This document shows, piece by piece, positions 10,418 through 23,319 of a stretch of 64,000 bases of DNA. The stretch spans positions 20,212,001-20,276,000 of the forward strand of contig NC_073393.1 in assembly GCF_028641065.1 (NCBI RefSeq), in the 5' to 3' direction. The notes below the pieces were generated by a model. The model worked only from the letters and a program-made list of their open reading frames with translations, was not told where the DNA came from and made no database searches. Position numbers and translations under genes: made by a program. Source of the stretch: Leucoraja erinacea (lineage: Eukaryota). How positions within the stretch are numbered: the first letter of the stretch is position 1; each line of letters begins with the position of its first letter.

Positions 10418-13400
10418 AACCATATAACCATATAACCATATAACAATTACAGCACGGAAACAGGCCATCTCGACCCTGCTAATCCGTGCCGAACACATAA
10501 TCTCCCCTAGTCCCATATACCTGCGCTCAGACCATAACTCTCTATTCCCTTCCCATCCATATAACTATCCAATTTATTTTTAAATGATAAAAAACGAACC
10601 TGCCTCCACCACCTTCACTGGAAGCTCATTCCACACAGCTACCACTCTCTGAGTAAAGAAGTTCCCCCTCATGTTACCCCTAAACTTCAGTCCCTTAATT
10701 CTCATGTCATGTCCCCTCGTTTGAATCTTCCCTACTCTCAGTGGGAAAAGCTTATCCACGTCAACTCTGTCTATCCCTCTCATCATTTTAAAAACCTCTA
10801 TCAAGTCCCCCCTTAACCTTCTGCGCTCCAAAGAATAAAGCCCTAACTTGTTCAACCTTTCTCTGTAACTTAGTTGCTGAAACCCAGGCAACATTCTAGT
10901 AAATCTCTTCTGTACTCTCTCTATTTTGTTGACATCCTTCCTATAATTAGGCGTCTAAAATTGTACACCATACTCCAGAATTGGCCTCACCAATGCCTTG
11001 TACAATTTTAACATTACATCCCAACTTCTATACTCAATGCTCTGATTTATAAAGGCCAGCACACCAAAAGCTTTCTTTACCACCCTATCTACATGAGATT
11101 CCACTTTCAGGGAACTGTGCACAGTTATTGCCAGATCCCTCTGTTCACCTACATTCTTCAATTCCCTACCATTTACCATGTACGTCCTATTTTGATTTGT
11201 CCTGCCAAGATGTAGCACCTCACACTTATCAGCATTAAACTCCATCTGCCATCTTTCAGCCCACTCTTCCAACTGGCATAAATCTCTCTGTAGACTTTGA
11301 AACTCTACTTCATTACCCGCAACCCCACCTATCTTAGTATCATCTGCATACTTACTAATCCAATTTACCACACCATCATCCAGATCATTGATGTACATGA
11401 CAAACAACAGTGGACCCAACACAGATCCCTGTGGCACCCCACTCGTCACTGGCCTCCAACCTGACAAACAACCATCCACCATTACTCTCTGGCATCTCCC
11501 ATTCAGCCACTGTTGAATCCATCTTGCTACTCCACCATTAATACCCAACCATTGAACCTTCTTAACCAACCTTCCATGAGGAACCTTGTCAAAGGCCTTA
11601 CTGAAGTCCATATACACAACATCCACTGCGTTACCCTCATCAATTTCCCGTGTAACATCTTCAAAAAATTCAAGAAGATTAGTTAAACAAGACCTTCCAG
11701 GCACAAATCCATGTTGACTGTTCCTAATCAGACCCTGTTTATCCAGATGCTTATATATATTATCTCTAAGTATTCTTTCCATTAATTTGCCCACCACTGA
11801 CGTCAAACTAACAGGTCTATAATTGCTAGGTTTACTCTTAGACCCCTTTTTAAACAATGGAACAACATGCGCAGTACGCCAATCCTCCGGCACTATTCCC
11901 GTTTCTAATGACATTTGAAATATTTCTGCCATAGCCCCTGCTATTTCCACACTAACTTCCCTCAATGTCCTAGGGAATATCCTGTCCGGACCTGGAGACT
12001 TATCCACTTTTATATTTCTCAAAAGTGTCAGTACTTCCTCTTCTTTGATCCTCATAGTTTCCATAGCTACTCTACTTGTTTCCCTTACCTCACGTAATTC
12101 AATATCCTTCTCCTTGGTGAATACGAAGAAAAGAAACTGTTCAATATCTCCCCCATCTCTTTTGGCTCTGCGGATAGTTGTCCACTCTGACTCTCTAATG
12201 GACCAATTTTATCCCTCTTTATCCTTTTGCTATTAATATAGCGGTAGAAACCCTTCGGATTTACTTTTACCTTACTTGCCAAAGCAACCTCATATCTTCT
12301 TTTAGCTTTTCTAATTTCTTTCTTAAGATTCTTTTTACATTCTTTATACTCCTCAAGCACCTCATTTACTCCATGCTGCCTATAATTATTGTAGATCTCC
12401 CTCTTTTTCCGAACCAAGTGTCCAATTTCCCTTGAAAACCATGGCTCTTTACAATTTTTACGATTTCCTTTCAACAGGGACATAAAGATTCTGTACTCTT
12501 AAAATGTCACCTTTAAATGTACTCCATTTCTCTTCCACATCTTTCCCATAAAACAAACTGTCCCAATTTACTCCTTTTAAATCCTTTCGCATCTCCTCAA
12601 AGTTAGCCTTTCTCCAATCAAAAATCTCAACCCTAGGTCCAGTTTTGTCCCTCTCCATAATTATATTGAAACTAATGGTATTGTGATCACTGGACCCGAA
12701 CTGTTCCCCAACGCATACCTCTGCCACCTGACCCATCTCATTTCCTAACAGGAGGTCCAGTACCGCCCCTTCTCTAGTAGGTACTTCTATGTATTGTTGC
12801 AAAAAACTATCCTGCACACATTTTACAAACTCCAAACCATCCAGCCCATTTACAGAATGTGTTTCCCAGTCTATGTGTGGAAAATTGAAATCTCCCACAA
12901 TCACTACCTTGTGCTTACTACTAATATCTGCAATCTCCTTACATATTTGTTCTTCCAATTCTCGCTCCCCATTTAGCGGTCTATAATACACCCCTATAAG
13001 TGTTGCTACCCCTTTCCCATTTCTCAGTTCCACCCAAATAGCCTCCCTAGACGAGCCCTCTAATCTATCCTGCCAAAGCACTGCTGTGATATCTTCCCTG
13101 ATAAGCAATGCAACACCTCCACCTCTTGCCCCTCCAATTCTATCACACCTGAAGCAACGAAATCCTGGAATATTTAATTTCCAATCACAGCCCTCCTGCA
13201 ACCATGTTTCACTGATCGCCACAACATCATACTTCCAGGTGTCATAGAAACATAGAAACATCAAAATTAGGTGCAGGAGTAGGCCATTCGGCCCTTCGAG
13301 CCTGCACCGCCATTCAATATGATCATGGCTGATCATCCAACTCAGTATCCCGTACCTGCCTTCTCTCCATACCCCCTGATCCCCTTAGCCACAAGGGCCA

Positions 13401-14590
13401 CATCTAACTCCCTCTTAAATATAGCCAATGAACTGGCCCCAACTATCCCCTATGGCAGAGAGTTCCAGAGATTCCCCACTCTCTGTGTGAAAAAAGTTCT
13501 CCTCATCTCGGTTCTAAAGGATTTCCCCCTTATCCTTAAGCTGTGACCCCTTGTCCTGGACTTCCCCAACATCGGGAACAATCTTCCTGCATCTAGCCTG
13601 TCCAACCCCTTAAGAATGTTGTAAGTTTCTATTAAGATCCCCTCTCAATCTCCTAAATTCTAGACAGTATAAACCAAGTCTATCCAGTCTTTCTTCATAA
13701 GACAGTCCTGACATCCCAGGAATCAGTCTGGTGAACCTTCTCTGCACTCCCTCTATGGCAATAATGTCCTTCCTCAGATTTGGAGACCAAAACTGCACGC
13801 AATACTCCAGGTGTGGTCTCACCAAGACCCCGTACAACTGCAGTGGAACCTCCCTGCTCCTATACTCAAATCCTCTTGCTATGAAAGCCAACATACCATT
13901 TGCTTTCTTTACTGCCTGCTGCACCTGCATGCCTACCTTCAATGACTGGTGTACCATGACTCCCAGGTCTCGCTGTATCTCTCCCTTTCCCAATCGGCCA
14001 CCATTTAGATAATAATCTGCTTTCCCGTTTTTGCCACCAAAATGGATAACCTCACATTTATCCACATTATACTGCATCTGCCAAACATTTGCCCACTCAC
14101 CCAGCCTATCCAAGTCACATTGCAGTCTCCTAGCATCCTCCTCACAGCTAACACTGCCCCCCAGCTTAGTGTCATCCGCAAACTTGGAGATATTGCCTTC
14201 AATTCCCTCATCCAGATCATTAATATATATTGTAAATAGCTGGGGTCCCAGTACTGAGCCTTGCGGTACCCCCACTAGTCACTGCCTGCCATTGTGAAAA
14301 GGACCCGTTTACTCCTACTCTTTGCTTCCTGTTTGCCAGCCAGTTCTCTATCCACATTAATACTGAACCCCCAATGCCATGTGCTTTAATGTGTCATGTG
14401 TCAATCCAGGCTCTAAGTTCATCCACTTTTCTTACAATGCTCCTAGCATTAAAATACAAACATTTAAGAAACCCACCCTCTCTTATTCTCTGATTATTTT
14501 CTTTTTCTTCTCTCTCCCCTACATTTTGGGTCAGAGTGCTACCATTCTCTGCCCCCTGCTTCACACACTGACTGCTAGCTTTCCCAATTT
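10418..14590 (-). mobile_element. Near full-length CR1 ORF2 (APE endonuclease + RT), interrupted by a nested CR1 at 13243-14390
   Basis: The EN N-terminus LKCLYFNARSIVRKVDELRAWIDT (ORF 14394-14681) joins WKYDVVAISETWL...GDFNFP...SDHN (12458-13238). RT is in 10955-12064 (KYADDTK) and the C-terminus in 10580-10894. Tail (aaccatat)n. Only a few frameshifts. Confidence 0.93.
13243..14390 (-). mobile_element. CR1 LINE (same subfamily as 2014-2995), nested in the EN domain of another CR1
   Basis: ORF 13610-14275 is nearly identical to ORF 1973-2734. Flanked by gtgtca direct repeats (13239-13244; 14391-14396 and 14398-14403). Confidence 0.92.
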
Positions 14591-14824
14591 GATAGTACGC
14601 GTTCAGATGTGGAATCTTAATTGGCATGGACGAGTTGGGCTGAAAGGTTCGTTTCCATGCTGTACGACTCCATGGCTCCATATGACCATGACAATATGTT
14701 TATCCTATAGTCAGGGAATTGAGTATAGCGGTTGGGACGTCATGTTACAGTTGATTGAGACCTTAGTGAGGCTGCACAGTTAAATAAACACTCTGCACAG
14801 ATAACACAGATAAATAAATTAAAT

Positions 14825-15125
14825 GGCACAATGACGCAGTGGGAGAGTTATTGCATTACTGCTCCAGAGACCAAGATTCGATCCAGACCACGGGTGTTGG
14901 CTGTATGGAGTTTGTAGGTTCTCCCTGTAACGGTGTGGGTTTTTGCCGGGTGCTCCAGTTTCCTCCCACATTCCAACGTCGTACAGCTTAGTAGGTTAAT
15001 TGGCGTCTGTAAATTGATCCTAGTGTGTAGGATAGAACGAGTGTACGGACGGTCATTGGTCGACGCAGACGGTGGACCGAAGAGACTGTTTCCGCGCATA
15101 ATTCCTAAACCAAAATAAACTAAAT
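14825..15125 (+). mobile_element. V-SINE
   Basis: tRNA-like head, ggagtttgtaggttctccc...gggtgctccagtttcctcccaca core and taaactaaa tail. Confidence 0.75.
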
Positions 15126-16462
15126 TAGCAAATAAGGCATATGGTAGACTTGCCTTCTTTGATCATGACACTGGATGTATGAGTCAGCTCGTCATAATGC
15201 AGGTTAGTGCATTAGTTAACATTAGTTAGGCTGCATTTGGAGTATTGCGTGCAATTGTAGTCGGCCCATTATAGAAGGTTGTGGAAGCTTTGGAACGAAT
15301 GCAGAGAACATTACGATAATTAAATTAGGGGGTATTAGCCACAGGGTGAGGTTGAACAACTTGGATTGTTTTATCTGGAACACTGGTGATTGTGACAAGA
15401 CCTGAGATAAATAGATAAAATTATGAGGTACAGACAGGGTAGACAGGATGTACTATCGGGAAGGGACTCAGGAAATTGAGGCTCTGGTCAAGAGTTAGAA
15501 GGCGGCATTTGGCAGGTATAAGCAACTGGGTCCAGTGTATCCCCGGAGGAGCGTTGGGAACTAAAGAACAAGCTAAAAAACAGAAATCAAGAGGGGAAGA
15601 AAGGGGACAGAGATATTGGGCACACAGGCGAATAGATCCAGAGTGATGCAAACACAGGAAGGTCGTGTATATTCGATGGTGATACAATGAACGATGTTGG
15701 TGCTCAGTAGGCCCCGCTCCCCTTGAAAACAAATCACTGCACGGTAACATCTAGAGACAAAAAAGGAACTGGGCGTCAAGTGACAACTTGGTCTTGATGG
15801 CCAGAGGATCTGACCAAGTGTCCCGTTCAGTTCTATACAGACCTCGGAACACCACATCTAGAATGTTGTGGTCAGCTCTGGTCTCTCCGCCATATGATTA
15901 TGTCCCAGCGATAGCGAGTGTGCGCTAGGGTCCTCAGATATACTCACTCCTGTGCTCATTGGATTGTCTTGTGAAAGTGTGTACATAAACGGGGCCTTTA
16001 CTCCCTGCAAGACTGATCTCACTGCAGCCTACAAAGTTCTACTGCTGCTTGGTGGGGTAGATGCGGGGAATATGTTTGTCCTGACTTGGACGTCCGGGAC
16101 CAGGGTTCACAGTCTCTGAATCAGTGACTTGTTATTCGGCAAGCTTCATTCTTATGTCAGCTTTCTCTTCCTCTTGGTTACGGATGTCGAGGAAGTGATA
16201 CGTATTGATAATCAGAAACCGGGTTCTGGAAGATGCAACGTGCTCCATGCAGTTTAACACTGGAAAGACCATTCGCCGAATCGTCCGTACTTCCCATTTC
16301 AGGGAACGTCGGAATAATGACATGGGTCCATGTGGACTTTGGGGACTTTACAGGCAGCCCCCGAATTCCGGTCTGACTCTCCCGCTACCCTTTAAAACGT
16401 AGACGGAGTGGAAGCTGCTCATTCACTGAACCCCAGCTAGCACTTCCATCCTAGGAAGCACC

Positions 16463-17319
16463 ATGAAGACAGCGCTCTGCGTCGTTGCCCTTGTAGGAGC
16501 CCTGGTGATCTGCAGTTTCCAGAATGTTGCAGCCGCCCCGGGTAAGATATCTTCCTTATTAGTATAGGTTGATGAGTACGGGTGTTAGAGGTAAAGGGGA
16601 GAAGGCAGGAAAATCGGATTAGGAGGGAGAGATGGAACAGCCATGATTGAATGGCGGGCTAGACAATGCATAGAATGGCCTAATTCTACTCTCCTGCCAA
16701 TGAACCGCGAGCAGCTCATTGCCGTTTACCTCCGACTGATGATATCATTGAATAGCTCTCGGTAGAATTTGGAGGGAGGGGTAGGGAAGAATACAACAGC
16801 ATCTGAGGGGGTGAGCAGGCTGGAAAATTGTATTGATGGGGGGGCTGAGATTGTTGGAGGAGGGGTTGGCCAGCTAGTGTAAAACACGGAGACCGCTACA
16901 GAGACGAGGGCACCAATGCCCTCCTTGCTGTGCATTTTCTATAAACGTGGGGCAGTACGGTAAACTGCGATGGAGAATGCTGGAAAATCCCTCAGTGTGT
17001 AACGTTGTCTCATCCTCCCTCTCCCCCAGTGGGATCGATAATCCCGGAATGCTGTGAGACGTTTAGGACCACTCCGATTCGTCACTGGAGGCTTAAAAGC
17101 TACGAGGCAACTCCTTGGTGCTCGACTGCCGCTGTCATGTAAGTATTTTAATGAGCTCCAAAGTGTGTTTGAATATGTGGTGATTGACTCTCAGGTAATC
17201 ACACCTGCTTGGTCTGCTTCAGATTCGTCAACCGGAGGAATATGAAGATTTGCACCAGAGCCGGAGAGAGATGGGTCAAAGCTGCAATGAAGTATCTGGA
17301 CAGGAAACACAAGAAGTGA
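16463..17319 (+). CDS. CC chemokine (CCL17/CCL22-cluster-like), paralog B, 94 aa; exons 16463-16541, 17030-17138, 17223-17319
   Basis: GT-AG introns and the same exon sizes as paralog A (79/109/97). Protein: MKTALCVVALVGALVICSFQNVAAAPVGSIIPECCETFRTTPIRHWRLKSYEATPWCSTAAVIFVNRRNMKICTRAGERWVKAAMKYLDRKHKK*. TTTAAAA 16391-16397, AATAAA 17579-17584. Confidence 0.93.
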
Positions 17320-17995
17320 GAGACGATGTGAAAGATCTGCATTCCAATGGATTGCCAAGAGTCGTCCGTGAAAGTCCGTTCCATTCCCTCAGGCCCACTG
17401 GTGTGGATGAAAGCGTCGGCATTGCGTCCACATACCACAGAGGTCGGCTGTGTGCCCGGTGCGTTGTGGAGTTGTACATCATTGAGTTTTCACTCGTTCT
17501 CCTTATAAACTATATATCCTGTATATTATTTGTATTTCTGCACTTATCTTTTTTTCATTTGTCGAGTTGCTCAGTGTTAATAAACGTTCAACATGCTCTG
17601 GGCGTTTAATGTGTGTGAGCTTTGATCAGGGTGACCGTGCCTGCAAGGGTTCTGGCTGTGCTCAGAGAATCGATGGGAGCCACAACTACCTACTTGGGGG
17701 GGGGGGGGGGGGGGGGGGGGGGCGATGTGTATGCGGTCGGCGGAAGAAGACGGGTCCGTATATTTCAAAGATAGCGAGGAAAGGGATGACAGATGTCCGA
17801 ATAAGAAACCTGAGAAATGGATGTAACCTCTGGTAATCTACATATTCTTTATGCTGCGATAGTGCACTTGATCCCTCAATCTGGGCCGATCAGAGAAACT
17901 ATGGAGAGTTAAGACCCCATCACTGATCGCTAGGAAGGTAGTTGTCCATCCCACCGATTCTCTCAGCTCAATAATGTCACCTCTCAGCCACCTGC

Positions 17996-18350
17996 CACGG
18001 TGGCTCAGCTGGTGGAGCTGATTGTGGATGATCTGCCATAATCACTTTGAATGGCGGTGCTGCCTGAAGGGCCGAATGGCCTACTCCTGCACCTATTGTC
18101 TATTGCCAGAGACCCGGGTTCAATTCTGATCGTGTGGAGTTTGCACGTTCTCCTAGGACCTCCAGATGCTCCGGTTCCCTCTCACATCCCCACCTCGTTC
18201 CCGTCGGTAGGTTAATTGTCCTCTGTAAATTGCCCTGAGTGTGTAAGAAGGAGATGACTAAGTGGAATAGCATTGAATTGGTGTGACGGGTGGTCGGCGC
18301 GGTGGGCAGACGGGCCTGTTTCCATGCTGTATCTCTAAACATATCTCTAA
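17996..18350 (+). mobile_element. V-SINE (paralog of 3198-3490), interrupted by a short CR1 3' fragment
   Basis: Same head, core and tail as 3198-3490, with gggccgaatggcctactcctgcacct inserted. Confidence 0.7.
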
Positions 18351-20889
18351 AAAGATGGTGACAGTAAGTACGATTATCAACACTTACAGAGGGATCATAA
18401 ACGTGTGTTAAAAATAAATCTTGAAGCTGAAAGGCTGAAAAGGGAGTTAATCAACCTGAAAAAAAAAACACCTCTGAACCTTGATTGAGACAACCAGGGT
18501 TGTGCGGGAACGGGCAGGAAATGTGGAATTGAAGCAAATCAAAAGCGCCTGAAAATTCCCTACTTTGTTCAACAGCAAAGCTGGAAGGAATGGTGGGTGG
18601 GCCGAGTAAAAGCACGCCCTACGTTATCACTGAATTATTGTAACGCGGATATTGGATACATAGATGAGTCGGACAGAGAATGCAAAGAGGGCGAGAAGAG
18701 GATAAAAAAAAAACAATAATAGGAGCTAGTCTAAACTATCGAACACGCTGAATGGAGAGAACTAACCAATTAACTCAGCTGGATGATCAAACTGAAACCA
18801 CAGAAACCACTGTCAGGATTATACTAACATAGAATTACAAGAAACAGGAGTCAGGATGAAACAGCCACCTGGTGGGCCATTGTCTACATAGATCACCCGG
18901 CTGTGCGCTCAGGGTGCCGGCCAAATTGATTTACAAGAGACTGAAATAAGACACATGGGTGCCTTAGGTACAGATACACTTGTGGCAGCAATACCTATCG
19001 ATAATAGACATATAATATCTGGTACTGGGACACTTAGTCTCTGAGAGACTGCTACCCCGTGGTCACAGATTGGGAATCAGAACCCCAGACCTGGCGCACA
19101 GTTTGAGAAGCTATTTCTAGATTACGGGGCAAGGTTTCTCATATGGAGATGTGTAAGCAGCTTTTTGAATGTCAGGAGGCGGGAAGATTTAGTTGCATGT
19201 GTAGCTGTCTGACAAGAAGAGGGCCCACCCTTCTGCGGAGATCTTGTTAGCTGTGCTTTAGGGAGGATCGTAATATGCTACTCTGTTTGCCAACTGAAGG
19301 CGGTAAAAGGGGAACTGATTGAAACTAAGGCAGCCAAAATAAATCCAGGACAACGCAAGACTGAAAATAAAGGGAAGCAAAGCTAAACCGAAATAAGGGG
19401 GAGCTTACTCAGAAAGAGATATTTTTGGAGCCAGATATATGAATTATCGCTTGACATGGGTGAGGTGCCAGATGACTGGAGGATGAATAATGTTGCTCCA
19501 CTATTTAAGAAGGGTTTGACGGAAAACCCTGGGTACTATAGGCCAGTGAGCCTACGATCTGTAGTAGACAAATTACTGGAGAGGATATTGATGGATAATA
19601 TATATAGACATTTGGATAGACCGAGGCTAATTGGAAATGGTCAACGGTGGCTCGGCTGGTAGAGCTGTTGCCCTTCAGAACGAGAAACCCTGGTTCTATC
19701 CTGACCTTGGGTACTGTCTGTGTGAAGTTTGTACATTCTCTCTGTGACTGTAGATTTCCTCCGGGTACTCTGGTTTCCTCTCACACCCCAAATATGCGTG
19801 GGTTTGGGGGTTAATTGGCCTCTGTAAATTGCCCCTAGTGTGTAAGGAGTGGACGGAAATGTGGGAGAACATAAAACTAGTGTGACAGACACAAAATGCT
19901 GGAGTAACTCAGCTGGACAGGCAGTACCTCTGGAGAGAAGGCATGGGTGACGTTTCGGGTCGAGATTCTTCTTCAGACTGAACTAGTGTGAATGGATGAT
20001 CAATGGTCAGCATTGACTAGGTGAGCCGAAGGGCCTGTTTCCATGCTGTATCACTAAACTAAACATGGTTTTGTACATAGGTGACCATATCTTATGAATT
20101 TTTTCCTCATTGAGTTTTTTGAAGAACTTACCAAGAAGGTTGACACAGACAAGGCCGTGAACATCCTCTATGTGGACTTCAGCAAGTCCTTTGATATGGT
20201 TCCGCATGATAGGCAGTTCTGGAAGGTATGATTGCCGGACATAGAATTGGCTTAATTGATGGCGGAGGAAGGTTGGAGGTTGGAGGATGGCGGTGGAAGG
20301 TTATTTTTCAGACTGGAGGCCTGTGCTGGTGGTGCGCCCATGGTGATTGGTGCTGGGCCAGTTGCTCTTTGTGGTTCATTTCATGATTTAGCTGAGAATG
20401 TGCAAGGCATGATTGATTGGTTTGCAGATCACACTAAAGTAGGTTGCAAGTGACAACCCCTCGCTGTATAAAATGTTTGATGACAGGGGGCAAGGAACAT
20501 GTGAATTTGAAAAAGGAATTCTCATACACGTAGCATGGTGGAGAAATAACAGGAAAGTGTAAAATTAGCTACAGTGGAGTACGCACAGTATAGGGAATGA
20601 AAAAAAAGCCATGCATGAGAATGGTTGATATTGTGTTGTCCACCTCCCCGCCAGAGGATGGAGACGACATTGACGAAGGAAGTTTAGATTTTGAGGCGCA
20701 TTGATGTGTTTATCATGAGGACTATGGGTTTCCCACACACTATGACAAGTAAAGAAACTAGCCACAGAACCAGCGGCACTGATTAGGACAGTGGTCAGGC
20801 CGACAGGGACAGTTAATGGACGATATTACCGTTGAGGAGGTGCTGAGCATCTTAGGATGTATAATCATAGATAAATCTCCATGTACTTA

Positions 20890-21076
20890 AGAAGGAACTG
20901 CAGATGCTGGTAAATCGAAGGTACACAAACATGCTGGAGAAACTCAGCGGGTGCAGCAGCACCTATGGAGCGAAGGAAATAGGCAACGTATCGGGCCCGA
21001 AACGTTGCCTATTTCCTTCGCTCCATAGATGCTGCTGCACCCGCTGAGTTTCTCCAGCATTTTTGTGTATCTTCTA
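20890..21076. mobile_element. Near-perfect 158-bp palindromic element (Penelope-like derived) with a 12-bp flanking direct repeat
   Basis: 20917-21074 is self-complementary around cggg|cccg (20995/20996). tccatgtactta occurs at 20878-20889 and 21077-21088. Confidence 0.8.
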
Positions 21077-21648
21077 TCCATGTACTTATCTGATTGTTTC
21101 TTAAATATTGCGATAGTCCATGCCTCAACTACCTCCTCTGCCAGTTCGTTCTATACTGGCCTTTGTATAAAAAGGTTACCTCTCAGATTCTATTTAAATA
21201 TTTTCCCCTTCTCCTTAAACCAATTGTGCTCGATTCCCCTACTCAGGGCATGAGACTATGTGCGTCTACCCGATTTATTCCTCTGATGGTGTTATACACC
21301 TCCATAAGATCACACCACATCCTCCTACGTTCCAAGGAATAGAGTCCCAGCCTGCTCAACCTCTCCCTATAGTTGAGATCCTCGAGTCCTGGCAACATCC
21401 TCGTAAATCTTCTCTGTACCATAACAAAAAACAGAATTATACTGTTTTAATGTCATAATCCATGGTCTCACGAGACTGATCACGGTTGTAGACAAGAAAT
21501 TGAACATTGCAAGAACATCTGATGTAAGCTCTGGTGTGTTCGCGATAGACTCGGACAAAATTTCCACCAATACCATACCTCCACGCTGATTGGAAGGCAC
21601 TAATGAAGGAGGGCGAGATGGTCGTTGAGGAATGGTCCAGGGAAATTA

Positions 21649-21876
21649 ATGCCCCTGTCCCACTTAGGAAACCTGAACGGAAACCTCTGGATACTTTGGG
21701 CCCCACCCAAGGTTTCGCTGCGGTTCCCGGAGGTTTTTGACAGTCTCCCTACCTGCTTCCACTACCTGCAATCTCCTGCAACCACCTGCAACCTCTGGGA
21801 ATCGCACGGAAACATTGGGTGGGGCGCAAAGTCTCCAGATGTTTCCGTTCCGGTTTCCTGAGTGGGACAGGGGCAT
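21649..21876. mobile_element. MITE (non-autonomous DNA transposon) with long TIRs
   Basis: Left atgcccctgtcccacttaggaaacctgaacggaaacctctgg; right ccagatgtttccgttccggtttcctgagtgggacaggggcat. Flanked by TA on both sides. Superfamily not determined. Confidence 0.8.
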
Positions 21877-23319
21877 TATTACTCTATCTGCGTGCGCCGA
21901 TTTCCTGCTGCATCCAAAGACGTGCTGGTTGGCAGGTTAATTGACCTCGGTAAATTTCCCCTTGTGTGCAGATGAGTGGTAGCACTTTGAGTTTAATCAG
22001 AGTGTCTCTCCGTATATACTGCCAAGGCTGAATAAACAAACTTGCTCGAGAAACTCGCCACTGCTCTACAAGATTTTCTTTGTGTAGAGTCCCGATGTGC
22101 GTCCCAATCGAGAAGGCGACAGGGCCCCACGTAAATGCTAACATCGTGGTACACGTCAAACAATTCCATCCAACAGAGGGTTACCTGGAAAAGCTGTCAG
22201 AGGAAATTGTGATGGCAGATACAATTACAATATTGAAAAGGCATTTGGACAGATATATGGATAGGAAATATGGGACTAACATGGGCGAATGGAAGTAGTG
22301 TAGACAGGCCATCACATACATACAGAGCTGTATGATTCTATAATCCTGGGGACAAGGCCGCGGAATATATTCGCAGTTAAAGGAAACTGTTTATTTTCTT
22401 CTTGCATCTCGTTTCACCGCCAATGTTTATCCCCAGGGAAGGAAGACAACATTCTTCTCGGGTCGCTCAGTCTGGGCGCTGATCGCGAAGCCACGCTGCG
22501 TTGGAGAGGGGGTTCCGGGATTTAGGTCCAGCAATAATGAAGGGTCACATCAGGATGGTGAGCGACGACATGGATGTGATGTCTCCTGCTCATTCCTTCA
22601 GCCAGAAGAGTTTGTGCTTTTGGCAGATGATTGCAGTATTTTCCTCATCTTGCTCTAAATTAGTTTACCTCATATCCTCAGAGTGTGACTCATGAACCTG
22701 AACGTTCTGTTGGGTCTAACCTGTAACGTAATAGCATCCGTTTACGTACAAGTAGCGTTCAATGTTAACTTGGAGAGGCATTGATAGGAAAATTAACAGG
22801 AATACTGACACTGCATTTCGTTGTCTCTGTACTGTACACTGCACAATGATAATAACGTTTGAATCTGAATCCGAACAAGGTCTTTCTGTTCTTCAGCTTG
22901 CTCGAAAGACATTACAATAATTATGTGAACTGGACGGGTGCCAGCCACTGGCAACTGCATCAATGCCAACTGTTGCTGAGTCTTGCGTTTTCTCTCCGCT
23001 GTCCCATGCAGTGCCAGGCTTGCTGACCAACACAAGGACCATCTCCACGGTAACGCTGAGCACGGGGGGGCGCTCTGCCCGACATGCACCAATGGCAGCT
23101 CGGCTTGATAGTTCGCCCCAAACCCCAGCGAGGTAGCCTTGTTGTGTTGACGTGGCCAAGATTGGGAATCCAATAAATCAGCTCTGTGGGACTTGGCGCA
23201 GAAATCCTGTCATTCCATTGTAACTTGGCGTGAAAGTTTCCTCATTAATTAATCAGCAGGCGTGCATTCCTGGCACAGGAACGAAGAAAATGCCATGTCA
23301 GCCTTTCTCGTTCCCAAAC

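Larger units (their letters stand above)
15915..20550 (+). repeat. Segmental duplication unit, copy B
   Basis: Colinear with 1-8030 once copy-A-specific insertions are removed. It has its own CR1 3' fragments in intron 1 (about 16560-16690) and at about 18020-18103. Confidence 0.85.

Noticed and set aside
22793-23173. 126-aa minus-strand ORF with GANYQAELP (ELM2-like)
   Set aside because: A short match only, with no splice structure, and it runs into a LINE tail; it overlaps the gene C upstream region.
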